From positions 7,676-71,675 of IMG/VR virus record IMGVR_UViG_3300032287_000955: a DNA stretch of 64,000 bases; one strand, 5' to 3'. Shown here in pieces: positions 58,607-64,000 of this stretch (positions within the stretch are counted from its first letter, which is position 1; each line of letters opens with the position of its first letter). The notes under the pieces are model-generated. The model had not been told where the DNA came from, ran no database searches, and worked only from the letters and a program-made list of their open reading frames with translations. This stretch comes from a virus. A program made the position numbers and the translations under genes.

Positions 58607-60021
58607 TAGTGTTTTCTAAAAATACTGATTTTGCCTTCAGCAACCATTCTGCGTTTTTCTTCTGCAATGGCTCTCATTAAAGTTTCTGCAAGGGCATTGC
58701 CTGTTCTAATTTTACTGTCAGAGAAGTTACCCATATTTCGTTCACGATCAGCATCCATTGTTGCTTGACTAGGTGCTGCTGGTTTCTTCTTACCACCTTT
58801 TTTCTTAACAGGTTCAACATCATTGCCTTGATCGTCCATGCCTGCCTGTGCCATCATGCCTGCTAATTTAGGATTTTTAGCTTTCATTGCATCTAACGCT
58901 GCTTGTTCTGGATTACCACCTGCATCAGCTGCCTGTGTTGCAGCTTGTCCAGTGGTTGGTGCTGCTGGTGCTGGTGCTGGTGCTTTATCTTGTTGTGCTG
59001 GTGCTGCTTTAGTTTGTTTTGCAGCAGCTTGCTTATCCTGTTCAGCTTTCCATGCTGGTGTCATTTCGCCTGTAACACCATCGAATTTTGCACCTTTACC
59101 GGTAGCTGGATCATAATGTGGTTGACCGTCTGCAGTCATGCCTGGTTCCGGTGCTGCATTAGGATTACCAGGTTTGGCTTTATTTGTTTTGCTCACAGGA
59201 GCATTAGCCATTGTGTTTGGTTCTGCTGCGCCACCTGCTGGTGCTGCTCCTGTTGCCGCTGGATCTGCTGCTGCCGGTGATGCTCTTGCTGCCGCTCTCT
59301 TTGCTGCCGCTGCCGCTGGATCTGCTGCCGATTTAGGTTGGGGTGCTGCCATTGATTTTGTTAACAACTGCATGATACGTTGCTTGCCTTTTTTATCAAG
59401 TTGATTAACTTGACTTTTAACTTGAGCGTATAATGTTTGACCTGCTTTTTCTGCACCTACACCTGCTGTTGCATCTGCAGTTTTTTTCATAGCAGCCGCT
59501 GCTGCACCTGTCTGTGGCTTTGCTGGTGCTGTACCTTTTGGACCTTGTGCATTAGCATCGGCAGCATTATCTGCCGGCGCTGGCGCTGTTCCGCCTGCCG
59601 CTGCTCCACCGTTACCTGTTGGTGTTGGTTTACCCGCAAGTCCTGCTTTTAGACCTGCTATGAATCCTGGCTTCTTGCCTGTTGTTGCAGGATCTGCCGT
59701 GTTAGTTCCTGTAGGATCTCCTGTAGGCTGTGGTGCTGTTGTTCCACCTGCGGGAGCTGCTTTAGCTCTTGTTCTTTTTTGTGGATCGATTACTGCGTCG
59801 GGAGAATCGCCACCTTGAGCCACTCTGTCTTTACCTGCTTGGAACCCTTTCTTAATTGCAGATCCTGCACCAGCAATACCACCTGCTACTGCACCTACTC
59901 CTTTAGCAGCCATACCGGCAATGTCGCCTACAGCTTTTCCAAACTTATTAAACTTAGGCCCTTCATATAGATCTTGTAATTGTTGTTGTTCGGATTCAGT
60001 TAATATTTGATTAATTCTCAT
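58606..60021 (-). CDS. Ala/Pro/Gly/Lys-rich disordered protein, possible internal head protein
   Basis: 471 aa, low complexity; N-terminus MRINQILTE. Confidence 0.6.
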   Translation of the reverse strand: MRINQILTESEQQQLQDLYEGPKFNKFGKAVGDIAGMAAKGVGAVAGGIAGAGSAIKKGFQAGKDRVAQGGDSPDAVIDPQKRTRAKAAPAGGTTAPQPTGDPTGTNTADPATTGKKPGFIAGLKAGLAGKPTPTGNGGAAAGGTAPAPADNAADANAQGPKGTAPAKPQTGAAAAAMKKTADATAGVGAEKAGQTLYAQVKSQVNQLDKKGKQRIMQLLTKSMAAPQPKSAADPAAAAAKRAAARASPAAADPAATGAAPAGGAAEPNTMANAPVSKTNKAKPGNPNAAPEPGMTADGQPHYDPATGKGAKFDGVTGEMTPAWKAEQDKQAAAKQTKAAPAQQDKAPAPAPAAPTTGQAATQAADAGGNPEQAALDAMKAKNPKLAGMMAQAGMDDQGNDVEPVKKKGGKKKPAAPSQATMDADRERNMGNFSDSKIRTGNALAETLMRAIAEEKRRMVAEGKISIFRKH

Positions 60022-60059
60022 GACAAGGGATTCCTAAAAGGTATAATTTTATTTATTAA

Positions 60060-60525
60060 AAACGAGCTACGCTCGTTTGCTTTTTCGCTTTCGCTCAAAG
60101 CATTTTTTCTTTTTCAGATATTGTTAAAGTTATTGAACTTATGATAATTGCGAAGCAATTTAAGTATTATGCAGATTGTTCAGTCACACTTTGCCCAGAC
60201 CGGGCAAAGATAAGAGCATTATGCGAGTTGCACAGTACACTCTAGCGTTACAGCATTACCAAGGCGGTCATCCGGTACCTTTAGCTGCGTCTTTATATGA
60301 CGGCGGTTTGTAAACATACGCTAACATATCTACAAACGTGGGGCTTATTTCCCCTCTTTTTGCCTTATTGTTCTTTTCAAATAACCAAATCGCAGGGCTT
60401 ACAAGCGATCGTCATCCTTTCGGGTAGTGGTTAAGCACCTTTGCGGCAAGGTTTTCCATCCCTGTGTACACGAAGACCAGGTTTAGAGCGCACGAAATTA
60501 CAGCCTGCGCCAGCCAAAAAACCGC
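60060..60525 (-). ncRNA. Candidate structured non-coding RNA (or structured origin element)
   Basis: ORF-free ~500-nt gap with about ten stems, G-U-compatible on the minus strand, with GNRA/GNA loops; family not recognised. Confidence 0.5.
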
Positions 60526-60526
60526 T

Positions 60527-60961
60527 TTATTTTGCCTTATTTTGTTCTAAAAGACGTTGCCTAAGTATGTTTGAGCCGCCAACTCTGACGTTTATAATGC
60601 CATTATAATAGTCATCTGTTTCTAAAACTCTGCGTTCAAACTGCTCTCGTGCCTCTAGATATGACAGTTCTGCCTTGGATTTGCAAAGGTAAAGTATTTC
60701 TCTTGTGAAGTTTTCCGGACCTAATGCTTGGACGTCTGCGTTTAACCTATCAGATGAACCCCAATATTCGCGCCAATCGCTTTCTACTGTGCTTCTTCTT
60801 TTAAGTTTTTTGCCTTTGAGTGGTGGTTTAGTACGCTTGAATTGTGCTAGTTTCTTGCCTATGTACTTCTGTCCGGTTGTTTTATTCGTGATGATATAAA
60901 CAAAGCCAATGTAGCCTTCTGGTATTTCGTTTACGGGTTGATTTTGATACGTCCATTGCAC
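60527..60961 (-). CDS. Minimal GIY-YIG (Seg-like) nuclease-domain protein
   Basis: GFVYIITNKTTGQKYIGKK, YWGSS, GPENFTREIL, LE, YYN. Confidence 0.8.
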   Translation of the reverse strand: MQWTYQNQPVNEIPEGYIGFVYIITNKTTGQKYIGKKLAQFKRTKPPLKGKKLKRRSTVESDWREYWGSSDRLNADVQALGPENFTREILYLCKSKAELSYLEAREQFERRVLETDDYYNGIINVRVGGSNILRQRLLEQNKAK

Positions 60962-61192
60962 TCACTTAGTTATTTTCGGTGGCCTTCCCAGCTTGCCTTT
61001 TCTGGCTAGCTTACGTTCTTCTCGTTTTTCCTGTATCTCTATTCGCCTTGTTGATGCTTCATTGCGTATTTCTGATAGCCAATATCGTGCCTTAATGCCT
61101 GCCTCGTCTGAGCCTTTGTATTCAAATCGTTCTTGCCACTTAAAATATTCCTGAAAAGCAGCAATCATTTTATCGTGGCTGTCTGAGCTCAA
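60962..61192 (-). CDS. Small basic Hc1-like (histone H1-like) DNA-binding protein
   Basis: KG..EAG.KAR..L.EI......RR.EIQ motif and a basic tail. Confidence 0.55.
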   Translation of the reverse strand: MSSDSHDKMIAAFQEYFKWQERFEYKGSDEAGIKARYWLSEIRNEASTRRIEIQEKREERKLARKGKLGRPPKITK

Positions 61193-62967
61193 GCAACAAT
61201 CTCCACATCGTTACTGTAGCTGGTAAATCCATTTTCTTTAATAACCTTCAGCACATGATTAACACGACTAGTCAAGTCATCTCTGTGCGAAATCAAGAAC
61301 ACATTCTTGTTGCGTTCACGAGTCATCTTCTTAAGCACAGCGATACTAGATTCAACACCGCTGGCATCCATACCTGAATCAACTAATTCATCAATAAACA
61401 ACAGATTGATCGGATGATATAGATTTTCCCATACATCACGGAACGCCCATGACAATGAAAGTATCAGTCTATTACGCTCACCTCGGCTTAGATTGTCAAA
61501 GTCCAAGTCCTGTCCTAGTTGTGTAATGATTACACTTAGGTCGTTTTGGAATTCAACGATATGCGGCAAGCCAATCCTATCGAGATAATAGGTCAATCGT
61601 TGATTTAAGAACGCTAGATTTTGATCAATGATGCGTTTACGCACAAATGAGTCTTTGTTAGTCAACAGTTTATATAAGAATTCCTGATGTTCTTTAACTC
61701 TTACTAGATCGTTTACTGCATTCCAATCAATTTCCTGCACGGCTGTCTTCTTGAGTTCTTCAATCTGTTCTAGATAAGGATTAGTCTCTGCTTCTTTGAG
61801 CATTAGATCCTTTTCAAAGCTTTCAATAGTGTTTTTATGATTAAGTGCTTGCTCCAGTGTATCATAAAATACCTTAGGTATAGCACCTAGTTCACCGATT
61901 TCTTTAACTGCTTCAGTTAATTCGATTCGTTGTGCATTTGTAGCTTCTGCTTGTGACGCAGATTCTTGTAGAGCTTTCTTTTTAGCTTCTAAAACTTCTT
62001 CATGTTTGCTGTCATGCAGTTCTTGACCACAGGCATAGCATTTGTGATCCTCTAGATCTGCAATTTCTTTCTTTAGTTTTTCAATCTGCTTCTCTTCACG
62101 TGCAGTATCTGCTTCTGCACGAACTATTAACTTGTTTAAATCTGCCAAATCTTTTTGTTTTGTGTTGTAGTCTGCTAACGCTCTGTGATTAGCAATCTCA
62201 ACAGCAGAATCAATGTGGCTTAGATGATCAATATTTTTTAGAATATTCTCGATATTCTTTTCTTTGGTATCGTCCCACATCTTTTGTTTGCGTTCTAGTG
62301 CTTCAATACTCTGTTGTATGCGTTCGTTGCTGGCTTTGATAGTTTCGATACGAGTATTTTCTGTTTGAATATTGTCTTTGCTCAGTCTAATCTGTTCTTT
62401 AAGTGCTTCGGCCTTTTCACTCAGCAGAGTAATACCCAACAGTTGTTCAATGATACTGCGTTGCTCGCCAGCTTTCATTGCTAGGAATGGTTCTGTATAG
62501 GTATTCAGTGCCACAAGATGCTTAAACATATCGTGACTCATAGAAATCATTTCTTCAATGGCTTTTTGTGTTTCTCTAGAATCACCTTGTGATTCATCTA
62601 GATCGTCTAGATCCTGTTCTTGTCCGTTTATGCTGAACTTCAGTAGATTAGGTTTGCGTCCACGTTCGATATGATATTCAATACCATCCTTTTCGAAAGT
62701 CACTGTGCATAACATGCCCTTGCCGTTGATTTTATTAATAAGGTTATCACGTTTGATGTTGGTTAGAGCTTGTCCGTAGATAGCATAACTGAGTCCATTA
62801 ATGATAGTGGTCTTACCTGTGCCATTACGAGCACCACTGTCGTCGCCACCTAGGTCTAGATTTTCACCTAAAACTAAAGTAAGCTGTCCTTTGTCAAAGT
62901 CTATGGCTTGGGTTTGATTGCCCACGCTCATGAAATTTCTAACAGTTAGGTTTTTTATTTTAATCAT
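61189..62967 (-). CDS. gp46: Recombination ATPase subunit (Rad50/SbcC-like)
   Basis: Walker A NGTGKT, coiled coil with CYAC Zn-hook, LSRGE signature, LLFIDE Walker B, ISH. Confidence 0.95.
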   Translation of the reverse strand: MIKIKNLTVRNFMSVGNQTQAIDFDKGQLTLVLGENLDLGGDDSGARNGTGKTTIINGLSYAIYGQALTNIKRDNLINKINGKGMLCTVTFEKDGIEYHIERGRKPNLLKFSINGQEQDLDDLDESQGDSRETQKAIEEMISMSHDMFKHLVALNTYTEPFLAMKAGEQRSIIEQLLGITLLSEKAEALKEQIRLSKDNIQTENTRIETIKASNERIQQSIEALERKQKMWDDTKEKNIENILKNIDHLSHIDSAVEIANHRALADYNTKQKDLADLNKLIVRAEADTAREEKQIEKLKKEIADLEDHKCYACGQELHDSKHEEVLEAKKKALQESASQAEATNAQRIELTEAVKEIGELGAIPKVFYDTLEQALNHKNTIESFEKDLMLKEAETNPYLEQIEELKKTAVQEIDWNAVNDLVRVKEHQEFLYKLLTNKDSFVRKRIIDQNLAFLNQRLTYYLDRIGLPHIVEFQNDLSVIITQLGQDLDFDNLSRGERNRLILSLSWAFRDVWENLYHPINLLFIDELVDSGMDASGVESSIAVLKKMTRERNKNVFLISHRDDLTSRVNHVLKVIKENGFTSYSNDVEIVA

Positions 62968-63974
62968 AGGTCTTTATAGATGTCCAATAGGAGATTCTTG
63001 TCATAGGCATCGCTTTCGATAGCATTGATTTGGTTCATGACAATGGTGTCAACGCTTTCAAAGTTGATGTCTATGGGTGTTGTGTTAGAGTCAACTTCTA
63101 CTTTTTCCGGAATAAGCATTAATTCACGCAGATTATACTGCGGCATAAACGTTTCGCGGATAAAGTTTGCCTCTTCAAAGCTAATAGGCAAGTCAATGGT
63201 TACACGACAATGCATTTTTTCACGCAGTAACTTGTCTGGAGTGTCGATAATTTGACTGAGCTTGTAAGATCTATAAACAGGTTGATCTGGCCAAGTGTGA
63301 TATTCTGGTTTGCTGCCCCATTCAAGTATCATCATGCCACGATCGTCATCACCACTGTCTGCATAGTTGTGTGGAAATGCATTACCAATGTAAGTTACAT
63401 TGCCCTTGCTTTGGCGTTTGTGGAAATGACCGCTAAACACATACTCTTGATTGTGAAAGTGATCTGCTTGTAACTGTCCATGATCGGGCATTTGTACCAT
63501 GGCGTTCATGTAGAACAATGGTAATTCTAAATGTCCAAACAGGTACTTGCTTTTAATCTTTGGAATATTTTTCCATTCATCGCCAACTAGCCAAGGCATG
63601 ATAGTAACGCCGCCTTCTGTGAGTGTTTCTTTGATAGGAACTACGTTTGGAAACAGGCGCATAAACTCAACAGAGTTGATTTCACGCTTGTCTTTATAGA
63701 ACAAATCGTGATTGCCCAATATAAAATAGACTTTTTCAAATGATTGACTTAACCGTTCTAGATTAGACACAGTATAGTTCATAGTTGAAACATCTGTAGT
63801 TGAACGATTGTGATGCCAATCGCCCAAGAAAATTGCTGTTTCGCAATTTTCCCGCTTCGCGGTTTCGCAAAACCAAGTCACGAAATCTTCGCAATCTTGA
63901 TTATGCGTTCTGCTACCAGACTTTAGTCCAAAATGTATATCGGTAAAACAAGCAACTTTTTTGAATAGGTTCAT
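62964..63974 (-). CDS. gp47: Recombination nuclease subunit (Mre11/SbcD-like)
   Basis: DIHFG, LGDWHH, GNHD, GHLE, SGHFH metallophosphoesterase motifs. Confidence 0.95.
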   Translation of the reverse strand: MNLFKKVACFTDIHFGLKSGSRTHNQDCEDFVTWFCETAKRENCETAIFLGDWHHNRSTTDVSTMNYTVSNLERLSQSFEKVYFILGNHDLFYKDKREINSVEFMRLFPNVVPIKETLTEGGVTIMPWLVGDEWKNIPKIKSKYLFGHLELPLFYMNAMVQMPDHGQLQADHFHNQEYVFSGHFHKRQSKGNVTYIGNAFPHNYADSGDDDRGMMILEWGSKPEYHTWPDQPVYRSYKLSQIIDTPDKLLREKMHCRVTIDLPISFEEANFIRETFMPQYNLRELMLIPEKVEVDSNTTPIDINFESVDTIVMNQINAIESDAYDKNLLLDIYKDL

Positions 63975-64000
63975 AGAATCTCCTTTGTTATTGTACTACA

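Noticed and set aside
60022-60961. Group I intron carrying the GIY-YIG gene
   Set aside because: Flanking genes appear complete, no split exon is evident, and I could not identify the P7 core; a covariance search is needed to exclude it fully
60527-60961. Conventional mobile homing endonuclease
   Set aside because: Lacks a C-terminal DNA-binding domain and abuts its upstream gene, so it is not called a mobile element
3-63473. Many 60-150-aa ORFs antisense to or nested within long genes (e.g. 682-918, 6557-6934, 49660-50097, 58903-59280)
   Set aside because: Shadow frames of well-supported genes, with no RBS, promoter or motif; the Cys/Trp-rich 58903 ORF is just the antisense of GCA/CCA codon runs

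Overview
This 64-kb window is a gene-dense segment of a large T4-like (myovirus) phage genome in the standard genetic code, mostly minus-strand. It holds the virion morphogenesis region: portal gp20, prohead core/protease/scaffold, major capsid gp23, neck gp13/14, gp15, an enlarged sheath gp18, tube gp19, gp4, a probable small terminase, a tape-measure-like protein and gp26/gp51. A ~34-kb appendage block encodes three giant fibre proteins (2067-2436 aa), three tandem Cys-rich paralogs, a GT9-like glycosyltransferase and a NodU-type carbamoyltransferase. The right end begins the recombination module (gp47/gp46, an Hc1-like protein, a GIY-YIG protein). I saw no tRNA, rRNA or CRISPR array. The main observations are: (1) a ~450-nt stem-rich non-coding element directly behind a minimal GIY-YIG gene; (2) a -1 slippery site joining gp26 to gp51; (3) a Cys-rich triad beside putative modifying enzymes, separated by a terminator hairpin containing a promoter; (4) phycobiliprotein-like CxRD motifs in the fibres; (5) probable leaderless late transcripts. 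All calls come from motif recognition by eye; no database searches were run.
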